Assembly (NCBI GenBank): GCA_028534125.1
Contig: CM052817.1
Location: forward strand, 102,674,001-102,738,000
DNA length: 64,000 bases
Reading direction: 5' to 3'
Origin: Lama glama
Lineage: Eukaryota
Part shown: positions 52,389 through 63,111 of the stretch, one piece after another
Layout: every line of letters starts with the position of its first letter
Numbering within the stretch: the first letter of the stretch is position 1
Notes under the pieces: model-generated
What the model was told of the DNA's origin: nothing
The model's input: only the letters and a program-made list of their open reading frames with translations
Databases searched by the model: none
Program-made: the position numbers and the translations under genes

Positions 52389-53729
52389 TTCTCCAAATTC
52401 TCTATCTACAATTCTAAAATCCAAGAGGCTCAGAAAACCAAAAATACATATTTTTATAACTTGTTTGGTGACAATAGCTGTCTTGAACTGACATGAAGTT
52501 ATCTACAGACTTTATTTAGTCTTGTTAGAAATTAACATTAATGAATTTTATTATGGGATGGTGGCCCAGACCAGGAGTATTAAGGTGTTACAAATATACA
52601 GTAAATGCCTCACACTTTCTTTCTAAAATTTTTTTTTAAAATGTGTTAATGTTGGAAGCACATTTGTTCTCAAAGGTTCTGGCTAGGGAAATGCAAATTT
52701 GTATCATTGAATTCAAGTGGAACGGGTGCTATAGTGAGAAATAGCGTAATGAAGGATGAAGGTATTCTTAAATAAGGTGCCATGGAAGGTGTGCCTGCGG
52801 GGCTGACACCTGAGTGAGATACAGAGCCGACGAGCCATGAAGAAGGAGCGTTCCAGGTGGAGGAGTCAGTGCAGGGCGGTGGGAGATAGATTTGAAGTTA
52901 CAGACGGGCCATAAGCCTTTAATCAAGAAGTAAAGTTATCAAGGTGTTTCCATTCCCTTCTTTCCACTAGTTACCTGTATGGTCTTTAAGTCATTTCTGT
53001 GTCTCAGCTGAAGTCTCTAAAATGGTTTCATTGAGGGCTGCAAACACAGTACTGCCATCTTTTAGGCCTCGGGCATTGACATGGCTTCTTTGGAAACAGC
53101 AAGAAGAGTTCTTCTTCTTCCATAAAATAAGACAGTGATGATGTTGACATGGATATGCTGAGCTGGAATATATGAAATGACACCTTAATATGTGATTTGA
53201 AGTCCTTTGGCAAAAATGATAATTTTAAAATGTTATATTGTGTCATCATTTTTTAATTCAAGGAACATTCTATAGATAAATCAAGGTTATTGTTCAAAAT
53301 CATTGAATTCTAGTTTTTTCTTTTTCTTTTGTTAAATACTTTGGTGGCTAGCATTTTCTGAAAGGCAGATTTCTGCTAAGTCAGTTAAATTTGCTTGACA
53401 CTTTTCTACATCAGTTAGTCAGTTACTTTGCATAGGATGCTCAGGTCCTTAATAAAGAAGGAGATTTGTAGTCACTTATTGAAGTAACACAAATCTGGAA
53501 AAGATAACATAATCTTTAAAATAAAATCCAGTTGGATTTAATGGAGAAGGATCTAATTCAATTAAAATTCTATTCTGGAGACAGAATGATTCATTGATCA
53601 CAAAGGGTAATCTTCTCTGATACATCTCTAGTTTTTTCCTGCTTTATTCAAATGTTAATGCAAAAGTCTCCTTCTTTCTTATTGTATTGAATATTTGCCC
53701 CAACCTGGAAGTAATAAGATTACTTTAAT

Positions 53730-53738
53730 GAAAAAGAA

Positions 53739-53776
<38 letters not shown>

Positions 53777-53905
53777 AAAAAAGAAAGAAAGAGAGAGAAA
53801 GAGAGAGAGAAAGGAAGGAAGGAAGGAAAGAAGGAAGGAAGGGAAAAGAGAAAGAAGAAAGAAAGAAGGAAAGAAAGAAAAGAAAGAAAGAAAGAAAGAA
53901 AGAAA

Positions 53906-53970
<65 letters not shown>

Positions 53971-54284
53971 AAAGAAAGAAAGAAAGGGAGGGAGGGAGGA
54001 AGGGAGGAAGGAAGAAAGAAAAGAAAGAAAAAGAAAGAAAGAGAAAAAAGGAAGGAAGGAAGGAAGAAAAAGAAAGAAAGAAAAGAAAGAAAGGGAAAGA
54101 AAGAAGGAAAGGAAGAGAAAGGGAAAGAGAAAGAAAGAGAAAAAGAAAGAAAGAAAGGGATAGAAAGAGAGGGAAAGAAGGAAGGAAGGAGAGAAGGAAG
54201 GGAATGGAAAGGAAAAGAGGGAAAGAAAGAAGAGAAAGAGGAAAGGAAGGAAAAAGGAAGAAAAGGGAAGAGAGAAGAGAAAGA
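53730..54284. repeat. Complex (GAAA)n/(GGAA)n/(GA)n polypurine tract
   Basis: About 555 bp of almost exclusively A/G on the + strand, with only a couple of T interruptions. Confidence 0.98.
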
Positions 54285-54814
54285 TTTCCCTGGCACTGGC
54301 ACCATCCAGCTGTGGTAGATTACTAACCCACATGCCTCTATCCCATTCCCCACCCTCAATGTTTCTCCAAACTACTATCAAGAGTTTCCAAAGGGCCCTT
54401 ATATGTGAACACAAGCAAGTCCTTTCAGCATGCAGGGCCTCCTGACCTCTGCGGTGCCCGCAGACCTGTGCTTCATTATAGTTTTACCCACTGGGGGGGC
54501 TCTGATCAGTTACCTAAAGGGATGGCCTCTGGAAGCTGGTGATGGATTGTTGGCGAGGGTGCCTCTGGCTATTAATAACCCCTTCCCCCACAAAGGGTTC
54601 TCCAGCAGAGCCTTACAGTTCCGACAGTCCTGTGCTCAAGTGGGTTAATTCTTGCCACGTTTCCCCTTGACCTTAGAAAATGTCTCTGAACACCCAAGAT
54701 GTCAGAGGCTTTGTGGTGAACACTTCCTTAATTTTCTTCTTGCCGGGCAGACTTGTTTCTTTTTGACATAATGCACAAGAGGCAGACGGAGAAAACAAAA
54801 TGAAATAGACAACA

Positions 54815-55595
54815 CTCATTTTCTAGGGCTGCTGTAACGAGGTACCACAGACTGGATGGCTTAAACAACAGAAATTTATTTTCTCACAGTTCCGTGGCCC
54901 AGAAGTTCAAGATCAAGGTGCCTGCAGGGTTAGTTTCTTCTGAGGCCTCTCTCCTTGACCAGTAACTAGACTGTCTTCATGTTCACGTGGCGTGCTTCCT
55001 CTGTGTAACCCTGTCTCCAATATGTAATCCAGTCATATTGGATTAGGGCCCACCCTAATGACCCCATTTAACTTTGAAGGGACTAAAAGCCCATCAAAGT
55101 TCTATAAATCTTACTTTAAACTGAAAATATTTGAACAGTCAACAACTGGGGAAAGAAACATTACCTAAACTTAAGCATAGCCTTCTGAAAATATAGCTGC
55201 CATGTAGAGATTAGATAAACTCTGTCCACTGAGAGAGTTTCCAGTGTGGGACAAGACTGACCCTTGGCACCAGTAGTGCCATAAACCACCCACTCTGAGG
55301 GAGCTTCCAGCCCATTTTCATCAGCAACGAAACACCTAATGGAACTTTCCATGCAATTCCAGTGAAGCCCTTAACTCCTCCCCTGACTTTTGTTATATTG
55401 GTATGCAAACCTTTACCTCTGTCTATTCAGTCAGTGATGAGTGCTCCTGCACACATGTGAATAACCCTTGTCTTTTCTCCTGCTAATCTGTGACAGTCAG
55501 TTAATTTGCAGACCCTCGACACTGGAACATAGGTTAGCAAAGGAAAAGTTTTTTGTTCCAACAATTTTATCTACCTTTTTTAAAGGCCTTGTCTT
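54815..55595. mobile_element. MLT1-like LTR interrupted by a second LTR
   Basis: agggctgctgtaac...ggcttaaacaacagaaatttattttctcacagtt...gattagggcccaccctaatgacc, resuming with taaaggccttgtc after 55563. Confidence 0.75.
55075..55563 (+). mobile_element. Solo ERV1-like LTR nested in the MLT1
   Basis: TG...CA ends with flanks actt/attt. The 3' end tctcctgctaatctgt...ttaatttgcagacc...ggaaaagtttt resembles MER4-group LTRs. Confidence 0.65.
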
Positions 55596-56006
55596 TTTTC
55601 TTTAATTCTTAAGATTTTTTATTGAAGTGTAGTTGATTTACAATATTAGTTTTAGATGTACAGCAAAGCAATTCAGATTTGTGTGTGTGTGTGTGCATGT
55701 GTGTGTATTTCAGATTCTTTTCCATTACAGCTCATTATAAGAAATTGAATCTAGCCTCCCTGTGCTTGCTATATAGTAGGTCCTTGTTCTTTATCTATTC
55801 TCTATATAGTAGTGTGTATCTTTAAAAAGTTTTTTTTTTATCAAAACTATAGTTGATTTACAATGTTAGTTGCAGGAGTACATTAGTGTGATTCAGTTAT
55901 ACATATACATACATCTGTATATTTTCTTTTCAGATTCATTTCCATTGTATGTTATTACAAGAAATTGAATATAATTCCCTGTGCTATACAGTAGGTCCTT
56001 GTTGTT
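55596..56006 (-). mobile_element. Two tandem short L1 3'-end fragments
   Basis: Two ~200-bp units (55612-55820, 55830-56006), each poly-T + tagttgatttacaat...aagaaattgaat...ccctgtgct...agtaggtccttgtt. Confidence 0.8.
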
Positions 56007-56017
56007 TGAGATAGCTG

Positions 56018-59000
56018 CTTTTTTTGTTAATTGAGTTATAGTCAGTTTACAATGTTGTATCAATTTCTGATGTACAGCATAATTTTTCAGTCATACATGA
56101 ATATACATATATTCATTTTCATATTCTTTTTCACTGTGAGCTACTGCAAGATTTCGAATGTATTTCCCTGTGCTACACAGCATAAACTTGTTTATTCTAT
56201 ATATACCTGTAGGTATCTAGAAATCTTGAAATCCCAGTCTGTCCCTTCCCTCCCCCCCAACCCCGGCAACCACAAGTTTGTGTTCTATGTCTGTGAGTCT
56301 GTTTCTTCTTTATATTTAAGTTCATTTGTTTTCTTTTCTTTTTTTTTAGATTCCACGTATGAGTGATATCATATGGTATTTTTCTTTCTCTTTCTGGCTT
56401 ACTTCACTTAGAATGACATTCTCCAGGGACATCCATGTTGCTGCAAATGGTGTTATGTTGTCAGGTTTTATGGCTGAATAGTATTCCATTGTATAAATAT
56501 ACCACATCTTCTTTATCCAGCCATCTGTCAATGGACATTTAGGTTGTTTCCATGTCTTGGCTGTTGTATATAGTGATGCTATAAACACTAGGGTGCATAT
56601 GTATTTTCAAATTAGAATTCCCTCTGGATATAGGCCCAGGAGTGGGATTGCTAGATCATAGAGTAAATCTATTTTTATTCTTTTGAGGAATCTTCACACT
56701 ATCCTCCATAATGGCTGCACCAAACTGCATTCCCACCAGCAGTGTAGGAGGGTTCCCTTTTCTCCACAGCCTCTCCAGCATTTATTGTTTGTGAACTTTT
56801 AAATGATGGCCATTCTGACTGGTGAGAAGTGATACCTCATTGTAGTTTTGATTTGCATTTCTCTGATAATTAGCGATATTGAACATTTTTTCATGTGCCC
56901 ATTGGCCATTTGTATGTCTTCATTGGAGAATTGCTTGTTTAGGTCTTCTGCCCATTTTTGGATTGGGTTGTTTGTTTTTTTGTTATAAAGTTGTATGAGC
57001 TGTTTATATATTCTGGAAATTAAGCCCTTGTCAGTCACACCTTTTGCAAATATTTTCTCCCAGTTCCTGGGTTGTCTTTCTGTTTTGCTTACGGTTTCCT
57101 CTGCTGTGCAAAAGCTTGTAAGTTTAATTAGGTCCCATTTGTTTATTTTTGTTTTTATTTCTATTCTTTGGGTAGACTGCCCTAGGAGAACATTGCTAAG
57201 ATTTATGTCAGATAAACTTTTGCCTATGTTTTCTTCTAAGAAGTTTATAGTGTCTTGTCTTATATTTAAGTCTTTAAGCCATTTTGAACTTATTTTTGTG
57301 TATGGTGTAAGGGAGTGTTCTAACTTCATTGACTTACAGGCAGTTATCCAGGGAATAACACCATTTACTGCAGAGACTGTCTTTACTTCATTGTATATTC
57401 TTGCCACCTTTGTCAAAGATAATTGACCAGAAGTCTGTGGGTTTATTTCTGGGCTCTCTATTCTGTTTCATTGATCCATATGTCTGTTTTTATGCCAATA
57501 CCACACTGTAGTATTGTCTGAAGCCTGGGAGGGTTACTCCTCCAGCTTCCTTCTTTTTCTTCAGTATTGCTTTGACAATTCTGGGTCTTTTGTGATTCCA
57601 TATAAATTTTAAGATTATTTGTTCTAGTTCTGTGAAAAGTGTGCTGGGTAATTTGATAAGAATTGTATTAAATGTATAGATTGCTTTGGGTAGTATGGTC
57701 ATTTTAAAAATATTAATTCTTCCAATCAAAGAACATGTGATATCTTTCCATTTCTTTAAGTCATCATTAATTTCCTTAATCAATATTTTGTAGTCCTCCA
57801 CATATGTCTTCCACTTCCTTGGTCAGATTTATTCCTAAGTATTTAATTTTTTCAGATGTGATTTTAAAAGGGATTGTTTCTTTACTTTCCTTTTCTGATA
57901 TTTCATTGTTAGTGTAAAGAAATGCAACTGATTTTTGTAAGTTAATGTTGTATCCTGTTACCTTACTGAATTATTTTATTGGCTCTGTTGGTTTCTGTGT
58001 GGAGCCTTTAGGGTTTTCCATATGTAGTATCATGTCATCTGCATATAGTGACCATTTTACCATTTCTCTTCCAATTTGGATATTTTTATTTTGTTTTCTT
58101 GTCTAATTGCTATGGCTAAGACTTCCAATAACCCCCTCCACCCTGGCACCCACAAGACTATATTGAATAGAAGTAGTGAGAGCAGGCATCCTTGTTTTGT
58201 TCTAATTTTAACAGGAAAGCTTTCAACTTTTCACCATTGAGTATTATGAGGGCTGCAGGTTTGTCATAAATACCTTTTATTATGTTGAGATATGTTTTCT
58301 CTATACCCACTTTGGTAAGAGTTTAGATCATAAATGGGTGTTGAATTTTATCATATGCTTTTTCTGCACCTAGTCAGATGATTATGCAATTTTTGTCCTT
58401 TCTCTTGTTGATGTGCTGTATCACACTGATTGATTTGCATATGTTGAAACTTCCTTGTGTCCCTGTGATGAACCCACGTTGATCATGATGTATAATCTTT
58501 TTTGTATGTTATTTGATTCTGTTTACTAATATTTTGTCAAGGATTTTGCATCTATGCTCATCAACAATATTGGCTTATTGTCTTCTTTTTTTGGTAATGC
58601 CTTTGCCTGTTTTTAGTGTCATGGTAATGGTGGCTTTATAGAATGAGTTTGGGACTATTCCCTTCTCTTCAATCTTTTGGAAGAGTTCGAGAAGGATTGG
58701 TATGAGCTGTTTGTATGTTTGGTAGAATTCCCCAGTGAAACCATCTGGTCCTGGACTTTTGTTTGTAGGGAGTTTTTGTTGTTGTTGTTTGTTTGTTTGT
58801 TTTTTTAACTATTTCTCTATATGATTTGAGGTATAAATTTAAAGAGCTGAGAGAAGACAGGAAAGCAAATACATATACCTAGTTTTGTTATTTTTTAAAA
58901 ACTTTTTTTTATTGATTTATAGTCATTTTACAATGTTGTGTCAAATTCCAGTGTAGAGCACAGTTTTTCAGTTATGCATGAACATGCATACATTCATTGT

Positions 59001-61105
59001 CACATTCTCTTTCACTGTGAGCCACCACAAGATCCTGTATTTATTTCCCTATGCTACACAGTACAATCTTGTTTTTCTATTCTACATTTTGAAATCCTAG
59101 TCTGTCCCTTCCCACTCCCCATCCCCCTGGCAACCACAAGTTTGTATTCTATGTCTATGAGTCTGTTTCTGTTTTGTATTTATGTTTTGCTGTTGTTGTT
59201 TTTATTGCTGATTCTATTTCACTTCTAGTGATTGGACTGTTCAAATGATCTATTTCTTCTTGATTTAGTTTTGGTGGACTGTATGTTTCTAGAAACTTTT
59301 CCATTTCTTCTAGGTTGTCCAATTTATTGCCATATAGTTGTTCATAGTATTCTCTTGTGATTTTTTGTATTTATATGGTGGTGTTTATAATTTCTCCATT
59401 TTTATTTCTAGTTTTGTTTATTTGTGTCCTCTCTCTTTTCTTCTTGGTGAGCCTGGCCAGAGGTTTGTCTCTTGTTCTTGTAATTGGGAGTGGTTCCTCT
59501 GCTTCTTCATTTTACTTATATTTCTCTGGCTTTACATATTTAGAAGTTATCAGTTATCTACTGTGGTCTTGAAGGGCTGTTTTTTGTTTGTTTGTTTTAT
59601 TTAAAGTGGGAGCATTCCTTTGTAGACTCTGCATGTCTAATAGTTTTGCTGCAAGGGTTATTTTTAGTATGGATGGTTGCCATGTCTGTCTTCCACGTGT
59701 GTTGGCTGTTATCCTTTTCATTGGGGGTGTGGTTGGTGATGTGGTGATCAGAGCCTGCCCTAATTGTTGTTGTGTGTGGGGCCTCCTTTTTGTTCTGTGG
59801 TTGTCACAGCCCTGACAGGGGTTAAGTCTGCTCCCCTGTTGCTGAATGGCTTTTAGATCCATTTCTGGGCTGGGGTTGGAGCACTTCAGCTGAGAAGAAG
59901 AGCTGCCAAGTATACCTCTGCAGGAGTTGTCCCTTGGGAAATGCCCTCAGTGGTGTTGTCTGTCACTTGTTACGCGGGCTTACAAGGTACTCTTTGTTGA
60001 CTATGCCTTTGTCCCTGCCTTAGCCGTGGGAATGTCAGCCACCCACTCTGGTGTCCCCCAGGATTCTGCACCCACAGAGCCACCAGTGCAGATCCCCCAA
60101 TGGCAGGCGCAAGGACCTGCTGTGGCGAGTGTGCAGTCACACACCTGAATCCACAGTGTGCCACAGGGTCAGTGCAGAGCCCAGCCCCACCTCTGCACAT
60201 GGCATGGTATTCTGGCCTGTTGTAAGTGACAAACCTGTACCTGCCTCCGCCGCGCACCAGAACTCACGCTCTGCCTGTCCATCGCAGAGTCGTGAGTCCA
60301 CAAAGATACCAGCAGAGTGAATCCAGCCCCTCTACCTGGGGCTGTAAAGAAATCTGAGTCCTGCCTGTGAAGTTGCAGGGCCCCTGGTTACGGAATCAGG
60401 TTTCAGAGCCACCTCCACCCCAGAGCCATGCAGCAGTGATGTGACGGCTATGACCGAGCCACCTCTCTTCTCGTGAGAACGCACCAGTGATGGAGCCAAG
60501 CAGAGACAACAGCTGTCGCACAGCTGTGTTGCGCCCCTCCCCACAATATGCACCCGCAGTGGTGCTTTTTTTGGACCAGCTGTTCTGATCCACTCTCACT
60601 CCCAGCCATAGCTCACACCACCCTCCAGTCCCCTGAGGCTGCCTCTGTGCAGTGGGCCCCAGCCCTCTCCCCAGGCTCGTCGCTGATCTCCAGCAGCCAG
60701 TCCTGGCCCGTGCCCACTGGCTGGGTCGCAGGGAGCCTCCATGTCAGTGTCTCTTACTTTTGTCTTCCAAGAGGCTGCCACTCTCTCCTCTGAGCCTCTG
60801 AAGCTCTGCTTCTGTCCCTGCTGACCCTGCCTGGAGAGGAGGCAGCCCAGCATGAGGGTAGCATGCTTTCTTTGCTGCTCCCTCCCCACGGGACCTGTCC
60901 TGCACCGATTCCTTCTTTTTCTTTCCTGTCTCCTACCTGTTTTTGTGAGGAATCCTCCTATATTTCAAAGCAAGAGACACTCTGCCAAAGCTCAGTAGGT
61001 GTTCTGTGCGATTCAGTGGGTCTGTAGATGTAATTCTTGGTGTAATCTGTAGATGTAATTCATGGGAGGGAGCAAGCTCTGAGTCCCTCTACTTGCCATC
61101 TTGTC
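56018..61105 (-). mobile_element. Near-full-span L1 with 5' UTR and an internal deletion of most of ORF1 and the ORF2 endonuclease; decayed
   Basis: 5' end caagatggc-type motif near 61100 and GC-rich 5' UTR ~59800-61100. ORF1 start MKKQRNHSQLQEQE (ATG 59510). ORF2 pieces at 57490-57801, 56799-57416 and 56346-56588. 3' UTR and poly-T near 56020. Confidence 0.9.
58791..59184 (-). mobile_element. Short young L1 3' end inserted in ORF2 of the larger L1, with extra 3' sequence
   Basis: ttttattgatttatagtcattttacaatgttgtgtcaaattcc, the same subfamily as 13520, 18440 and 32970. Host ORF2 is split at gggagttttt | ttttattgctgattc. Flanks ttttg(t/c)tgttgttgttt at 58774-58790 and 59185-59201. Confidence 0.8.
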
Positions 61106-61944
61106 ACTTTCAGCCAGAAATTTAAAGAATGCCAATTATTCTATAAAAGTATTGACAGTATTAATGGTCTCTTTCACGTAATGAAAAACAAAATCACAAA
61201 GCCATCCTAGGTAGATCTTTTTTTAAATTCTTGCAATAAATTTGTACCTCCTCTGAATGTTAATGTTTCATTTATGTTTGTGGGAAGGACAAATATCTCA
61301 CATAATACATTCAGCTAAGTGACACTCAATGGGTTTTGTCCCTGCCAAGGCCTAAGTTTGTCCCTTCTAGGAGCAAGGACAGAAGTAATGCAATGAGCTA
61401 TACTGACTGGAACCTGCACTTTCCCTAAGTGCTCAATTCCAATAGAAAGACTTCAGTACTAGGAGCAAGCTGCACCGAGGGGTCCACAGTAGGACAAAGA
61501 GATCTACAAAAAGAGTTAATGATCAGCATGTTATGAGGTTGTTTTTCAGTTATTAACAATATAAGATAACGTATTGTTTTATGAGTAGTCACTTAAAAGA
61601 TTTTTTTAAAGTCATAAACTCTATCTGAAAATGTTTTAGAAATAATCTAATCAATTTCCTCATTTTGCAAATAAATAGAGGAGCAGAAATCTCAAAGATT
61701 TATCAAGGCCACACAGCTTACAAACAGAAGTACTAGAAAAAAACCACCGCAGACTCCTGGTTACTAGTACTTATTCCAATCACTGTAGTAATTTGGTTTA
61801 TTCTCATTAACAATGCCAGCATTAAAGATGGAAAAATGTAATCAGTCTTGCATTAAAAATAAAGGCTGTTCTTTGTTTTCAAAGAAAAGCAGCCATAAAT
61901 AATGATCAGAAATAAGAAAAAATTGTATTTTAGAAAGTAAGGGT

Positions 61945-62490
61945 CTGCACGCTTTTCCAGCGGTGGGAGGATTTTCCCACCTCACCAAGTAACCCTCTGC
62001 CACCAGCTAGGCGTCTTACAAGTCAACTCAAGCTTGATGCTAGCTACCTGCGGGTAGCATTGGACCCACAGGTTAAGGGCTCAGTCCCACGAGGTTGCAC
62101 TCCCCCCCACACTTCAGATGGGGTCACAATTCGGGTTATGCTTGTGCTTCTGATCCATCGGCTGTAGATTTGAGGTTCCAATGACACCCTCTTTGGGTCT
62201 GATCAATTTGCTAGAGTGGCTCACAGAGCGCAGGAAACATTTTTACTCTCTAGATTGCCAGTTCATTATAAAAGGGTATAACTAAGGAACAGCCAGGTGG
62301 AAGAGATGCACAGGGAAAGGTAAGGGCAAAAGAGCGCAGGAAACCCATGCCCTCCCCAGGCATGCCGCTCTGACTGAGTCTCCCCCGGGGAGCTCTCTGA
62401 ACCCTGTCCTTTTGGGTTTTTATGGAGGCTCTATCATGTAGGCACACTGATTAAATCATGGCTCACTAGCAATTGGTTCAGCCTCCTCAT
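61945..62490. mobile_element. MER21-like LTR
   Basis: ctacctgcgggtagcattggacccacaggttaagggctcagtcccac...ttgctagagtggctcacagag...ccctgtccttttgggtttttatggaggct. Confidence 0.75.
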
Positions 62491-62870
62491 GGATATTAAT
62501 GGTTATGTAGTGGTTTTAGCAGCAGCCAAGCCTCATATCCTCCTGGAAGACTTCAAAGTGTGGAAGAAGGGAGCGGACTCTTGTGAGAATTTTGCAGAAG
62601 TCTTCCCTTCAAGCCCTGTGGGCCAGCATGGGTCATATGCCCAAGCTGCAAAAGTGACTGAAAAAACAAATAGATGGGAGGTAGGCTCTGCCAATAAGAA
62701 AGGAGGAGGTAAGAGTAACCTTAAAACAGAAGGAACTACATCACTACCTGTTGCTTCATAACAGACTACTGCAACATACACTGGATGAAAACCATGTGTT
62801 ACTTACAAAGAATCCGCGGGTCGCATGACCTGTGCCAGGGTCAGCTGATCTTGGCTAGTGGAGCTGCTTT

Positions 62871-63111
62871 TTGAGAGCTTGATTGGAGGCTCTAGTAGGG
62901 GAGCGCAGCTACTTGTACACCCTTGACCGAGAAGAATGGTCCTCTTCTATCGGGGAAGGTCCTCCTCTTCCACTGAGCGTGCAGCTTCGGGAGGGACGCG
63001 CGTGGAGCAGTGATGGAGGAAGGGGACACCCGCCTAGCCAGCCAGATCTGCCAAATCAACCCTGGCGATCAATGGGGTGACAGACGGCACAGCCAGATCA
63101 CCCTCACATCC
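62871..63111 (-). pseudogene. RN7SK: 7SK snRNA retropseudogene, 3'-truncated (~nt 1-240), tailless
   Basis: The reverse complement reads GGATGTGAGGGTGATCTGGCTG...CCCCATTGATCGCCAGGGTTGATT...GGCTAGGCGGGTGTCCCCTTCCTCC...GTAGCTGCGCTCCCCT...AAGCTCTCAA. TSD gtggagctgcttttt (62858-62872) vs gtggaccagcttttt (63112-63126). Confidence 0.95.

Noticed and set aside
53679..54414. Long ORFs rich in K/E/R or F/S/L (207-229 aa)
   Set aside because: They are translations of the GAAA/GGAA tract, which lacks stop codons by composition.
59800..61000. GC-rich region with several short ORFs, resembling a gene promoter or exon
   Set aside because: Explained as L1 5' UTR: it lies upstream of the ORF1 start and is homologous to 10152-10660.
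62871..63111. Functional 7SK gene
   Set aside because: It is 3'-truncated, carries many substitutions, is TSD-flanked, and has no evident upstream PSE/TATA promoter.
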